Source: an uncultured Gemmatimonadaceae bacterium | Lineage (GTDB): Bacteria > Gemmatimonadota > Gemmatimonadetes > Gemmatimonadales > Gemmatimonadaceae | DNA length: 64,000 nucleotides | Direction of reading: 5' to 3' | NCBI GenBank assembly: GCA_963716745.1 | Contig: OY970320.1 | Location: forward strand, 1,184,001 to 1,248,000 | Part shown: in pieces, positions 30,624 through 42,314 of the stretch | Layout of the letters: every line of letters starts with the position of its first letter | How positions within the stretch are numbered: position 1 is the stretch's first letter | The notes under the pieces: model-generated | What the model was told of the DNA's origin: nothing | Database searches by the model: none | Seen by the model: only the letters and a program-made list of their open reading frames with translations | Translations under genes and position numbers: made by a program

Positions 30624-31700
30624 GTGCCTCTCCTTCCGCTCTACGGCCACGATGCGCTCCGCCTCCGCCTCCGCGACGCGGTCGCGCGCGGTGCGCTGCC
30701 CGCGAGTCTCATGCTCCACGGCCCGCGTGGCATCGGAAAACAGCGCCTCGCGCTGTGGCTCGGCCAGCTCCTGTTGTGCGACGGCAGCGGCGAGCATCCG
30801 TGCGGCACATGCACCCAATGCAAGTACGTTCTGCAGCTCGTGCATCCCGACCTTCGCTGGTTCTTCCCGCGCCTCAAGGCCGACAGCGCGGATGATCCCG
30901 CGCCGCAGGAAGTGCTCGACGAGTATGCCGAGGCCGCCAGCGAACGTGCGGCGAACGGCGGATTGTATGCCCCGCCGTCCGGCCTCGAGGCGATCTTCGT
31001 TGCGTCGGTGCGCGGGCTCGTGCAGCACGCGGCATACACGCCCACGGTGGCGAAGCGCAAAGTGCTCATCGTCGGCGACGCCGAGCGGATGGTGGCGCAG
31101 GCCGGCGCCGAAGCGGCCGCGAACGCGTTCCTGAAGCTGCTCGAGGAGCCGCCGGCCGACACCACGGTGATCATCACGACGAGCGAGCCGGGCGCGCTCC
31201 TCCCCACGATCCGGTCGCGCGTCGTCGCGCTGCGTGTCGCGCCGCTGCCCGAGCGCGATGTGCGCGCATGGCTCGCGAACGCGCAGGTGCGCACCGCACT
31301 CGACGAGGCCGGAGCGCCCAAGGGCGACGACGCGCGCGCGGAACTCGCCGCCGGCGCGCCGGGTCTGCTGCTGGCGTCAGCTTCGCGCGACGAGGCCGTG
31401 ACCGCGGCCCGGCAGCTGCTCGCCGCCGCGACCGGCGACCGCGCCACACAGGCGCGCGCGATATTGTCCTTGGGCGGATCGAAGGCGCGAGGCTTCTTCT
31501 CCGACATGCTGGATGCCATGACGTCGCTCCTGCATCAGCGAGCGCGCGAGGCCGTGACGCACAACGACCCGCACGCCGCGGTTGCCGCGAGCCGGGCGAT
31601 CGACGCCGTGCAGGAAGCGCGCGAGGGCGCCGCCAATAATCTCAATCCGCATCTCCTCGGCGCGGCGCTCGTGCGCAGTCTCGAGCGGACTCTCGGATGA
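30624..31700 (+). CDS. holB: DNA polymerase III delta-prime subunit
   Basis: LYGH, HGPRGIGK, PCGTCTQC..HPDL, AANAFLKLLEEP, LLPTIRSR. Confidence 0.88.
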   Translation: MPLLPLYGHDALRLRLRDAVARGALPASLMLHGPRGIGKQRLALWLGQLLLCDGSGEHPCGTCTQCKYVLQLVHPDLRWFFPRLKADSADDPAPQEVLDEYAEAASERAANGGLYAPPSGLEAIFVASVRGLVQHAAYTPTVAKRKVLIVGDAERMVAQAGAEAAANAFLKLLEEPPADTTVIITTSEPGALLPTIRSRVVALRVAPLPERDVRAWLANAQVRTALDEAGAPKGDDARAELAAGAPGLLLASASRDEAVTAARQLLAAATGDRATQARAILSLGGSKARGFFSDMLDAMTSLLHQRAREAVTHNDPHAAVAASRAIDAVQEAREGAANNLNPHLLGAALVRSLERTLG

Positions 31701-32200
31701 AGCGGCGAACGCTCACGCACACCGGCGACGATGGCGCCGCACGCATGGTGGATGTCTCGGCGAAAGTCGATTCCGAGCGCTTCGCGGTGGCGGCCGGAGC
31801 CATCCGAATGAAGGCCGAAACTCTCAAGGCCATAAAGCGGAACTCATTGGCCAAGGGAGACGTATTATCTGTAGCCAAACTGGCAGGGATCATGGCGGCG
31901 AAGCGAACTGCCGAGCTGATTCCCTTGTGCCATCCCCTGAATCTGGCTAATGTTAAACTTGTTCTAACCCTGGATCAGAAGCTGCCGGGGGTGCGTTGTG
32001 AATCGACCGTCCGGACGGTTGGGAAGACCGGGGTCGAGATGGAAGCGATTACAGCCGTGGCCGTGGCGCTGATCACCGTTTATGACATGGCCAAGGCGAT
32101 CGATAAAGACATGAGCATCAACGACATCTGCTTACTCGAAAAGGCTGGGGGCAGGAGCGGACACTGGCAACGAAAAGGCCGAAAGACCAAACCGTTGTAG
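31697..32200 (+). CDS. moaC: Cyclic pyranopterin monophosphate synthase
   Basis: ARMVDVSAK, AKGDVL, LIPLCHPL, KTGVEMEA, YDMAKAID. Confidence 0.96.
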   Translation: MKRRTLTHTGDDGAARMVDVSAKVDSERFAVAAGAIRMKAETLKAIKRNSLAKGDVLSVAKLAGIMAAKRTAELIPLCHPLNLANVKLVLTLDQKLPGVRCESTVRTVGKTGVEMEAITAVAVALITVYDMAKAIDKDMSINDICLLEKAGGRSGHWQRKGRKTKPL

Positions 32201-32273
32201 CATCGCCCGCGAGGGCTGCGGGGCGATTCGTCGCCCCGTTCGTGTGTCTGGGACTCCCCGGCACGGAGGAGCC

Positions 32274-32966
32274 ATGAAAGTTTCCAAGGTGACGTACTCG
32301 CACCGAGGCGACCGGATCCGCCGAAATGCGCGGATCAGGAAGGGGTTGCTGGTGGGCGGGCTGATCGCGGCCATCGCGCTCATTCCGGCCGAGCAGCCCC
32401 GGGAGGCGCAGGCCTCCGCCTCTGCTCGTTTCCCGTTCGGAATGACCGCCCAGACGAGCCGGTTGACGCGGGATCTCGCCGCGGCTCGCAACGATCTCGA
32501 TATCGCGCGCGCTCAGCTGGCGCGGGCCAACGCGATCCTGGACTTCTCGTCGCGCTACAAGGTCGGCGCCGACGTTGCGGCGCCGATCTATGACGTCGCG
32601 CTCGAGGAGGATATCGATCCCGAGTTGGCGTTCCGGTTGGTGAAGGTGGAGAGCCAGTTCAGCGAACACGCCGTGAGTTCGGCGGGCGCCGTGGGCCTCA
32701 CGCAGATCATGCCGGCGACAGCGAAGTACTACGAGCGTGATACGACCCGCGAGAGCCTGACCGAGGTGCACACGAATCTGCGCGTGGGGCTGCGGTATCT
32801 GCGCACGTTGATCACGCAGTATCGCGGTGACGTGCAGACGGCGCTGCTGGTATACAACCGCGGCTCGCAGACAGTGGAATCGATGCGGATGCTGGGGTTG
32901 GATCCGAGGAATGGATACGAGCTGTCGGTGCTGAGAGGCTACAAGGGGCGCGGCACGGTCGATTGA
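32274..32966 (+). CDS. SLT-domain lytic transglycosylase
   Basis: GGAGG RBS; VKVESQF, AVSSAGAVGLTQIMPATA, YNRG. Confidence 0.9.
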   Translation: MKVSKVTYSHRGDRIRRNARIRKGLLVGGLIAAIALIPAEQPREAQASASARFPFGMTAQTSRLTRDLAAARNDLDIARAQLARANAILDFSSRYKVGADVAAPIYDVALEEDIDPELAFRLVKVESQFSEHAVSSAGAVGLTQIMPATAKYYERDTTRESLTEVHTNLRVGLRYLRTLITQYRGDVQTALLVYNRGSQTVESMRMLGLDPRNGYELSVLRGYKGRGTVD

Positions 32967-33101
32967 CCGCTGACGGCGGGGTTGGTACCGCTGAGGGCGT
33001 TTGTAGCGATAGCCGTAGGGCCTGCGGACTCCATGGAGTTCGCAGGCCCTACGGCTATCGCCACACACAATGTTCGCGGTACCAACCCCGCCGTCAGCGG
33101 T
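32966..33101. repeat. Foldback element family E, copy 5, with a GTAG..CTAC core
   Basis: ACCGCTGACGGCGGGGTTGGTACCGC / GCGGTACCAACCCCGCCGTCAGCGGT (perfect 26 bp); fills the whole gap between convergent stops. Confidence 0.93.
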
Positions 33102-33102
33102 A

Positions 33103-34608
33103 CTAGTGCCGCTTCTTCGCCCTCTTGATGAGCAGCACCTGGCCCGGGTAGATCGTGTTCTTCTTGATCCCGTTGAGCTTCCTGAGATTCGCCGCGGTCG
33201 TCCCGTAGCGATTCGCGATCGACGTAAGCGTCTCGCCTTTCTTCACGACGTGCGTGACGCCATGGCGGCTCGATGAGCCGTACTTCTCGATCGCGGGGTC
33301 CGGCACGTCTCGCGCCGCGAGCAGCGCGGTGGCCGTCGGGATGAGCACGACCTTCCCTGCGGCCACTACGCCATTCCGCGACTTCTTGTATTGCGGGTTG
33401 AACCATATGAACTGTCGCGATGATATGCCGAACTTGTGGCTTACTGTCGCTATTGTGCTGCTATTTTTGACCGTGTAGCGCTGAATTCCAGTAAGATCCT
33501 TGGGAGGCGTGAGCGCGAACACGGAGTCGAACCGTCCCACACTTCCCACCGGGATCCGCACCCACCAATCGCCCGCCGGCGGAGTCATTCCTCGAAGCAC
33601 CTGGTTGTTCAACTCCATGATCCTCGGCAATGGCGCGCCCGACGCCCGCGCCACCACGGCCAGCGGCACCGCCGGCCCCAGCCGCACGGAATCGTACGCC
33701 AGCGCAGAGTCCAGCGTCACACTGATCCCGAACTTCGCCGGCTCCTTCGCCACGAGCGCCGCCGCGATCAACTTCGGCACATAGTCGCGCGTTTCGGCGC
33801 GCAGATAGTCCGTCTCCGCGAGCGCGAAGAAGCGGTCGTCGCCTGTTCGGCCTTCGAGTGAATCGGCGTAGCGCGTGAGCCCGCGCGCGACGCGGCCCGG
33901 CCCGCCGTTGTACGCGGCCGCCGCGAGATAGAGCGAGCCGAACTGCCCGTTCAGCCAGCCGAGGAATTTGATCGCGCCGTCCGTGGATCGCACCGGATCG
34001 CGGCGCTCATCGATCCACCAGTCGACGCGGAGTCCCGTGCCCTGCGCCGTACCGGTCATCAGTTGCCAGATCCCGATCGCTGCGGCGCTCGAGTACGCGT
34101 TCGGATCGTAGCCGCTCTCGATGAGCGCGAGATACGTGAGATCCTCGGGCAGTCCGGCGGCTCTCAGCTTGCCGCGGATCATCGGCTCGTATCGTCCGCC
34201 GCGCTGCAGCCATGCGGTGAACCGTGGACGGGCCGCGCCCTGAAAACGCTCGACATAGAACGTGACGCGCTGTCTCGTCTCGAACGAGCGGACATCGATG
34301 TCCCACGTGGGGCCCGTCGCGGCTGTGGCGGCGGGTGCACTCGCGGAGTCCGGCGTCGAGTCCGCGACGGGCGTCGGCGCGGAGACCGAGTCGCCGAACA
34401 ACCGAACGGCCTCATGCGTGACTTCCGGCGGCGTGACTGGCACGGTATCGGGGCGGGCCGACGCGAGCGAGGCCGAACTGTCAGCGTTTGGGCGCGGGGC
34501 GTTGCCCGTCGCGGCCGGCGGCGCCGGTGCCGTCGCGGGAGGAGCGGAGTGGCACGCGGCGATCGCGATGAGCGCGGCCAACGCGCCGCGCGCGACGAAT
34601 GCCCTCAT
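33103..34608 (-). CDS. MltD-like lipoprotein lytic transglycosylase with LysM domains
   Basis: IAAC lipobox; LALIESGY, DERRDP, AAAAYNGG, ETRDYVPK; C-terminal LysM HVVKKGETLTSIA. Confidence 0.93.
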   Translation of the reverse strand: MRAFVARGALAALIAIAACHSAPPATAPAPPAATGNAPRPNADSSASLASARPDTVPVTPPEVTHEAVRLFGDSVSAPTPVADSTPDSASAPAATAATGPTWDIDVRSFETRQRVTFYVERFQGAARPRFTAWLQRGGRYEPMIRGKLRAAGLPEDLTYLALIESGYDPNAYSSAAAIGIWQLMTGTAQGTGLRVDWWIDERRDPVRSTDGAIKFLGWLNGQFGSLYLAAAAYNGGPGRVARGLTRYADSLEGRTGDDRFFALAETDYLRAETRDYVPKLIAAALVAKEPAKFGISVTLDSALAYDSVRLGPAVPLAVVARASGAPLPRIMELNNQVLRGMTPPAGDWWVRIPVGSVGRFDSVFALTPPKDLTGIQRYTVKNSSTIATVSHKFGISSRQFIWFNPQYKKSRNGVVAAGKVVLIPTATALLAARDVPDPAIEKYGSSSRHGVTHVVKKGETLTSIANRYGTTAANLRKLNGIKKNTIYPGQVLLIKRAKKRH

Positions 34609-34621
34609 CGACTACGCGCGG

Positions 34622-35080
34622 TCAGCGCGTCGCGATGAAATTGCCGAGGACGCGATTCGTCGCGTTCAGCACTGCGATCACGGCGCCACGCACCGGATCG
34701 GTCTCCACCAGACACGAGCCCAGCAATTTCACGGGGCCGCTGCCGTGATTCGTGACCGATACGATGATCACGTTGGCGTCGAATACGCGGATCGCTTTCA
34801 CTCCCACGAGTTCGAAGCGGAGCGCGCCGTCCGAGAAGCGCTCGAGCGCGCGGAGCCCTGCTTCCGCGGCGACGCGCAGGTCCACCGTCTGGCTCGATTG
34901 CCCCGCGGCATCGCCGCGGATGCGCACGCCCTCCATCCACTCGAGCTCCACTTCGGCGCTGCATCGCCCATCGGCCGCGCGCTGGAAGCGGAAATCGGTG
35001 AATCGCAGCCGCTCGCGCCGCGACGGATCGGGCGTGGAAGGGATGGCGAACGCGGTGGCGCGGGGCGTGAGCGAGGGCAT
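34622..35080 (-). CDS. Hypothetical protein
   Basis: Compact ORF co-oriented with the MltD-like gene; ends AVIAVLNATNRVLG. Confidence 0.65.
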   Translation of the reverse strand: MPSLTPRATAFAIPSTPDPSRRERLRFTDFRFQRAADGRCSAEVELEWMEGVRIRGDAAGQSSQTVDLRVAAEAGLRALERFSDGALRFELVGVKAIRVFDANVIIVSVTNHGSGPVKLLGSCLVETDPVRGAVIAVLNATNRVLGNFIATR

Positions 35081-35226
35081 GCGAGAGATCAGAGGTCGTT
35101 TTCGGCGCGTACGAGGCGTATTGGAGAAACGAGCCAGCGCTGATTCGGCAACCCGCGCGGTGTCGCGCCGCGCGCGTCGCTCGTATATTCGCGTCCCTGG
35201 CCCCGACCCCCGCGCAGGAATCGCCC

Positions 35227-35580
35227 ATGCCCGTGATCCTCAAGACGTCCGGCTTGCTCATCCTCTCGAATCTCTTCATGACGTTCGCGTGGTACGCGCA
35301 CCTGAAGAACCTGAGTGCGAAGCCCTGGTACGTCGCGGCGCTCGTGAGCTGGGGGATCGCGCTGTTCGAATATCTCCTCCAAGTTCCGGCGAACCGTATC
35401 GGCTACGGCTCACTGTCGCTGGGACAGCTCAAGATGCTCCAGGAAGTGATCTCGGTGGGCGTCTTCGTGCCGTTCGCGCTCTACTATATGAAGCAGCCGC
35501 TCAAGCTCGATTTCCTCTGGGCGGCGCTCTGTCTGTTGGGCGCCGTCTACTTCGTCTTCCGGGGGGCCGTTCCCGCATGA
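35227..35580 (+). CDS. DMT family small membrane protein (DUF486-like)
   Basis: SNLFMTFAWYAHL, SWGIALFEYLLQVPANRIG, QLKMLQEVI. Confidence 0.92.
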   Translation: MPVILKTSGLLILSNLFMTFAWYAHLKNLSAKPWYVAALVSWGIALFEYLLQVPANRIGYGSLSLGQLKMLQEVISVGVFVPFALYYMKQPLKLDFLWAALCLLGAVYFVFRGAVPA

Positions 35581-36462
35581 TGCAGATCATCGTCGCGCTG
35601 ATCGTCGCGCTGCACGCCGACAGCGCGCTCGATGCGCAGGTGCGCGCGCGCATCGCCGCCGACTCCACTACGCGCACCGCGGTCGCGTACTGGCCGCTGG
35701 CCGCCGGCGGAGATTCCCTGCTCATCCACGATAACTGGACGTACCACGCGGCGAGTACCATGAAAGTCCCCGTGATGATCCAGTTGTATCGCATGGTGGA
35801 TGCCGGCACGCTCTCGCTCGACACCAAGATCACGCTCAAGAATGAATTCAAATCGATCGTCGACGGATCGCCGTATGCGCTCGATCTCGCCGATGACTCC
35901 GACAGTTCGCTGTACGCGCGCGTCGGCCAGCAGGTGACGGTGAACGAGCTCATCTACCTCATGATCACGCGCTCGAGCAATCTCGCGACGAACGTGCTGA
36001 TCGACATCGCCGATCCATCGAAAGTGACCGCGACAATGCACGAACTCGGTGCGACACGCATCCGCGTGCTGCGCGGCGTGGAGGACGGCCCGGCATATCG
36101 CGCGGGACTGATCAACACGGTCACCGCGCACGATCTGGCGCTCGTGCTCGCCGCCATCGCACAGGACCGCGCCGCATCGCCGGCTAGTTGCAAGGCGATG
36201 ATCGCGATCCTGCTCAAGCAGGAATTCGTCGATGGCATTCCCGCGGGTCTGCCGGCCGGCACACCGGTCGCGCACAAGACGGGCTGGGTGGATGGTCTCG
36301 TGGATCACGATGCCGCCATCGTGTACCCGCCTTCGCGGCACGCCCTACGTGCTCGTCGTGCTGCACCAGGGGAGTGCGGGCGACTCGGTCACGCGACGCC
36401 TTACCGCCGATGTCTCCCGCCTCGTCTGGGCCCAAGCGACCTCGGCGAAAATCGGTCAATAG
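35577..36462 (+). CDS. Class A beta-lactamase-like serine hydrolase (apparent +1 frameshift near 36332)
   Basis: AASTMK, SSN, HKTG, HDAAIV; natural C-terminus PYVLVVL..VSRLVW lies in the next frame. Confidence 0.88.
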
Positions 36463-36475
36463 GTCCGCCGTGATA

Positions 36476-36554
36476 GTAACGTCCCGTTGCGTGACGGTAC
36501 AAAACGTTGCCACGTTGTAAAGTATCGTTGCGATAGGGCGGAACGTTCCGTTGC
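36476..36554. promoter_or_regulatory. Four phased imperfect palindromes (putative enhancer/UAS)
   Basis: GTAAC-N5-GTTGC, GGTAC-N5-GTTGC, GTAAA-N5-GTTGC, GGAAC-N5-GTTGC spaced 20, 21, 23 nt. Confidence 0.7.
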
Positions 36555-36594
36555 ACACTGTGAAAAGGAACGTTCAATCGCAACGAGTTACGCG

Positions 36595-36611
36595 AGGCAC
36601 GGCTGTTGCTA
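36595..36611 (+). promoter_or_regulatory. sigma54 (-24/-12) promoter
   Basis: AGGCACGGCTGTTGCTA: GG(36596-7)-N10-GC(36608-9), matches TGGCAC-N5-TTGCW except the first base. Confidence 0.82.
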
Positions 36612-36667
36612 TAGATGTGACGCGTCCGCCCTCGCGCAGTGCCCGTCCCCCGAGTGGAGAAGTCCCA

Positions 36668-37327
36668 ATGAACGTCCGCCTTCTTGCGACCGGTGCGTTG
36701 TTCGCCGGGATCGGTGCTTTGTACGCCTGCGGCGATACGACCGCCCCACTCGCTCCGCCGAGCGCACCGTCCGCCGCCAAGGTCTCGAAGGCCGCGCCGC
36801 CCGCGGCGAGTCCCACGCGTCCGAGTGCCTCTGCTGACGGCAATCACGGGCACAAAGTGCGTGTCCTCCGCTGGACGGACCATCTCAAGACGAACCTGTC
36901 GGCGCATGCGACGATCGGCCCGCAGGGCGGCACGATCTCGATCGAGAAGATCGGCGCCGTGTTCACGGTGCCCAAGGGCGCGCTCTCGGCGCGCACGACC
37001 ATCACCATGCGCGCCGATGCCGGCAAGAACGTGGTGTTCGAGATGTCGCCCAATGGTCTCAAGTTCGCGAAGGCCGCGACGCTCACGCTCGACCTGAGCT
37101 TCACGAACGCCTACCACAATGAGGGATGGGCGAAATTGTTGAGCGGCGGCTTCATCACCTCGCCGCTGCTCATTGGCGCGGACGATGGCGTGACGACGTA
37201 CGAGGACGAGCCCGCGACGGTGGATGACGCGGTCACGACGGCGTCGTTCCCGGTTCCGCATTTCTCGGTGGTGATCCTCGCGTCGCAATTCCAAAGCTGC
37301 TGCAGCTCGGTCGGCGGCCGGCACTAG
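36668..37327 (+). CDS. Lipoprotein with ZU5-like beta domain
   Basis: GGAGA RBS; LYAC lipobox; IGPQGGTI..VPKGAL..ITM..PNGLKF..VPHFS. Confidence 0.78.
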   Translation: MNVRLLATGALFAGIGALYACGDTTAPLAPPSAPSAAKVSKAAPPAASPTRPSASADGNHGHKVRVLRWTDHLKTNLSAHATIGPQGGTISIEKIGAVFTVPKGALSARTTITMRADAGKNVVFEMSPNGLKFAKAATLTLDLSFTNAYHNEGWAKLLSGGFITSPLLIGADDGVTTYEDEPATVDDAVTTASFPVPHFSVVILASQFQSCCSSVGGRH

Positions 37328-37354
37328 TCGCCGCGCGACCGAGCCCGGGGTCCT

Positions 37355-38407
37355 GTGAACAGATCCGTCGCCACCACGCCGGCGGCGCGCACGCCGCCCA
37401 CCGCCGAGGTGCAGCGCATGGCGGACCGCGCGCAGCGCCTCGAGCGTGAAGGCAGCGCGCGCGAGGCGCTCTCCGCTTACGACCTCGCGGTGACGCTCCT
37501 CGACGCGCACCGCCCGTCGGCGCAGCTTGCGGACATCCTGCGCTGGAAGGGCACGCTGCTTCGCGAGCTTGGTAATCCGTCGGCCGCCGAACCGGTGTAC
37601 ACGCGCAGCCTCGCGATCTCGCGGTCGCTGCCATACGCTGGCGGCATTGCGAACGCGCTCAACTGCCTTGCGATCGTGGCACAGCGTCGCGGCGACGTGA
37701 AGCAGGCGCGGCGTCTCTATGCCGAGGCCGCGCTCAATGCCGTGCACGCGGGCGAGCGGCGGCTCTTCGGGATGATCGAGCAGAATCTTGGAGCACTCGC
37801 AATGGTGCAGGGCGCGGACAAGGACGCGCTCGCACGCTTCCGCCTCAGCCTGCGCGGCTTTCGAGACGCGGGCGACGAGGAAGGGGCATGCTGGGTGTTG
37901 TGCAACGTGGGCCGGCTGAACATGCTGGCCGGCGACCTCGAGGAAGCGGAGCGCGCGTCGCAAGAAGCGCTCGCGCTCGCCAAACGCCTGGGCGACCTGC
38001 CGCTCACCGAGGCGGTAGAGTTGAGTCGCGTGGAGATCCTGCTGGCGCGTGGCCTGGTGGCGGACGCCGAGCGCGTCTGTCGGCATGGCCTGGCTATGGC
38101 CGAGCATCGCGGCGACCGTGCGCATCACGCCGAATCGCTGCGGCTGTTGGCGCTCGTGGGCCGCGAGCGCGGCGAGCTGGAGAACGCGACCCGGTCACTG
38201 GACGAGGCTCGCACGATGGCGCGCGAGAGCGAGGACGCGCTGCTGGCGGCCGAAGTGGAGCGCGACGCCGGCGAACTGTGGCTGCGACGCGGTGAGCCCG
38301 CGGCCGCACGATTGGCATGGGAGCAGGCGCTCACACGCTTCCGCGCGCTCGGCGCAGCGAGGCAAGTCGTGGACGTCGAACGGCGCCTCTCGGCGCTCGC
38401 GGCATGA
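37355..38407 (+). CDS. Stand-alone TPR protein (MalT-like TPR)
   Basis: Repeated ALNCLA/NLG/NVG..GD...A...Y helical repeats with no catalytic domain. Confidence 0.85.
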   Translation: MNRSVATTPAARTPPTAEVQRMADRAQRLEREGSAREALSAYDLAVTLLDAHRPSAQLADILRWKGTLLRELGNPSAAEPVYTRSLAISRSLPYAGGIANALNCLAIVAQRRGDVKQARRLYAEAALNAVHAGERRLFGMIEQNLGALAMVQGADKDALARFRLSLRGFRDAGDEEGACWVLCNVGRLNMLAGDLEEAERASQEALALAKRLGDLPLTEAVELSRVEILLARGLVADAERVCRHGLAMAEHRGDRAHHAESLRLLALVGRERGELENATRSLDEARTMARESEDALLAAEVERDAGELWLRRGEPAAARLAWEQALTRFRALGAARQVVDVERRLSALAA

Positions 38408-38416
38408 GCCGGATGC

Positions 38417-39537
<1,121 letters not shown>

Positions 39538-39541
<4 letters not shown>

Positions 39542-41187
39542 CGCCGCGCGAGCTGAAAGGGCTCGCGCCGGAGCTCGCCGCGCGCATCTCGGAGGCGCTC
39601 CGGCTCGAGCGCGCCGGCCAGCGCGCCACCGCGCGCGGGATGTACGAGCAAGCGCTCTATGAGCTGGACCAGCGCGCGCACGCCTCGACGGCCTCGGCGC
39701 TCCTGCGCTGGACGGGGCGCACGTACGCCGACGATGCGGACACGGAGTCAGCGTTCGACTGTTACGCCGCGGCGCTCGCGGTCGCGATGGCCAACAGCGA
39801 CCGGCCGGGTGTCGCGAGCGTCGTGAACCTCATGGCCATCGCGCATCAGCAGCGCGGCGATCTCGACGAAGCGGCGCGACTCTACGGCCGGGCCGTGAAG
39901 TACGCGACGCTCGCGGGCGAGACACAGCTCGTCGCGATGATCGAGCAGAATCTCGGCACGATCGCGGGGATCCGCGGCGACCAGCCGAAGGCGCTCACGC
40001 ACTACCGCGCGGCGCTCGCGGGATACCGGCGCCTCGGGCTCGATGGCCCAATGAGCGGTCTGCTGAACAACCTCGGCATGCTGTACTCGCAGATGCGCCG
40101 CTGGCGTTCGGCGGAGGAGATGTACCTGGAAGCGTACGACACCGCATTGCGCACCGGCGATGTCGGCACGCAGATCGCGGTGGCGGTGAACCGCGCGGAA
40201 CTCTGCATTGCTCGCCGCGACTACGTGACGGCCCGCGAATGGTGCGACACGGCGCTGCTGCTCGCGGAGCAGTCGGGCGACGAGCGGGCGCTGGGCGACG
40301 CGTACAAACACTACGGCGTGATCGCGCGCGAGACGGGCGACTTCGCGGGCGCGGAGGAATTCCTCGGCCATGCGTGGCAGATCGCGGAGCAGCGGCACGA
40401 ACTGGTGCTGGCCGCGCACACCGCGAAGGAGCGCGCGGAACTCTACCGCCGGCAGGACCGCAACCGCGACACCCTGCGCGAGCTGAACACGGCGCACCGC
40501 CTGTTCTCGCAGCTGCGGGCGCGGCGCGACCTCGTGGAGACGCGGCGCCGGCTGGGCGAGCTCGAAGCGAAGTTCCTCGAGATCGTCGCCGAGTGGGGCG
40601 CATCGATCGAGTCCAAGGACAACTACACGAGCGGCCATTGCGACCGCGTTGCCGACTACGCATGCTCGCTCGCGCGCATGGCGGGACTCGACCACGAGAC
40701 GCTCTTCTGGTTCCGCGCGGGCGCGCTGCTGCATGACGTGGGCAAACTGATCGTGCCGTCGAGCATTTTGAACAAGCCGGGCGCGCTCACGGCGGAAGAG
40801 CGCGCGCTGATGGAGCGCCACCCGGCGGCGGGCGAGAAGATGCTCGCGGGCATCGAGTTCCCCTGGGACGTGAAGCCGATGATCCGGCACCACCACGAGC
40901 GCTGGGACGGCACGGGCTATCCCGACAAGCTCGCCGGCGAAGCGATCCCGCTCTCGGCGCGCATCCTCTGCATCGCGGACGTGTGGGACGCGCTCGTGAC
41001 CGACCGGCCGTACCGCGTCGCGTTCTCGCGCGAGCGCGCACGGGAGATCATGCAGGCGGATGTGGGCACCGCCTTCGATCCCGCGCTCTTCAAGCTGTTC
41101 ATCGGGATTCTGGACCAGCGCAGCGCGACGCCCGCCGCGCCGCCGCGGCCGCTCTCGGTGCCGCAGCATGAGCGGGTGGCGGTTTGA
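39538..41187 (+). CDS. TPR-HD-GYP c-di-GMP phosphodiesterase
   Basis: ATGA overlap with the activator; TPR N-terminus; [38 protein letters not shown]. Confidence 0.92.
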
Positions 41188-42141
41188 GCGGGGCGCCAAT
41201 ACGGGTTCTCGTGATCGCGGACAGCGAGCGTGACGTGCGGCGTCTCAATGGCGCCGTCGCCGGCCGCGCCGCCTCGCAATTCGACCTGGTGCACGTCGAC
41301 CCAGGTGAGCGACGCGCTGCACCGGATGAGCGACCGGAAGTTCGACGCCGTGCTGCTCGACCTCTCGCTGCACGATGGCCACGATCTCGACGCGCTCAAG
41401 CTGCTGCACGAGCAGGCGCCGGATCTGCCGATCATCGTGCTGAGCAGCGTGGACGACGAGGCGCTGGCCATGCGCGCGCTCAAGGTGGGCGCGCAAGATT
41501 CACTCGTGAAGGGCCAGGTGGATGGCCACCTGCTGGTGCGCGCGATCCGCTACGCGATCGAACGCCAGCAGCTGCACGCGGCGCTGCGGGAAATGTCGCT
41601 GGTGGATCCGCTCACGCTCCTGTACAACCGCCGCGGGCTGCTCGCACTCGCGCGGCAGCTGTTCAAGGTGGCCGACCGGATGCGGCGCCGGGTGTCGCAC
41701 ATCTTCGTGGACCTCGACGGGCTCAAGGTGATCAACGACACGCTGGGGCATAGCGTGGGCGACCAGGCACTGCTCGAGACCACCGAGCTGCTCAAGGAGA
41801 CCTTTCGCGACTCGGACATCATCGCGCGCATGGGCGGCGATGAGTTCGTGGTGCTCGCAATGGAGAACGCCGGCGCCGACGCCGAGTTGTGGACCGCGCG
41901 GCTGCAGGAGAACCTGCGCGCGCGGAACGCGCGGTCGGACCGCAGCTATCTGCTCTCATTGAGCATCGGCATCGTGTACTACGATCCCGATGCGCCGCGG
42001 GAGCTCGACGACCTGCTGGCGCGCGCCGACCGCCTCATGTACGAAGAGAAGCGCGCGAAGCGGCTCTCGCCGGTGCATGGTGTGATGCTGCCGACTCCGT
42101 CGCAGCCCTTCCCGGCGCAACTGTCATCGCGCATCGACTGA
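41184..42141 (+). CDS. REC-GGDEF diguanylate cyclase (apparent +1 frameshift near 41298)
   Basis: TTG overlapping the upstream stop; RVLVIAD then AVLLDLSL, GAQDSLVK, DPLTLLYNRR, RDSD I-site, GGDEF. Confidence 0.9.
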
Positions 42142-42157
42142 CGCACTACGAACGCTC

Positions 42158-42305
42158 GTAGGCCTTAGTACCCTGTACAGTGCAGTCATAGCAACTGAGC
42201 GGATGGTACGACATGGCGTGAGTGGGGGGTGCTCTCCCGACTCACGCCATGTCGTACCATACGCTCAGTTGCTATACGCGCTATTACAGCGGTACTAGGG
42301 CCTGC
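42158..42305. repeat. Foldback element family D, copy 3
   Basis: TAGCAACTGAGCGGATGGTACGACATGGCGTGAGT / ACTCACGCCATGTCGTACCATACGCTCAGTTGCTA. Confidence 0.93.
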
Positions 42306-42314
42306 ACGCGCCCC

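Noticed and set aside
31800..32200. Slightly AT-richer codon usage in moaC as a sign of horizontal transfer
   Set aside because: Short, coupled to holB, and could simply hold a promoter for the downstream gene
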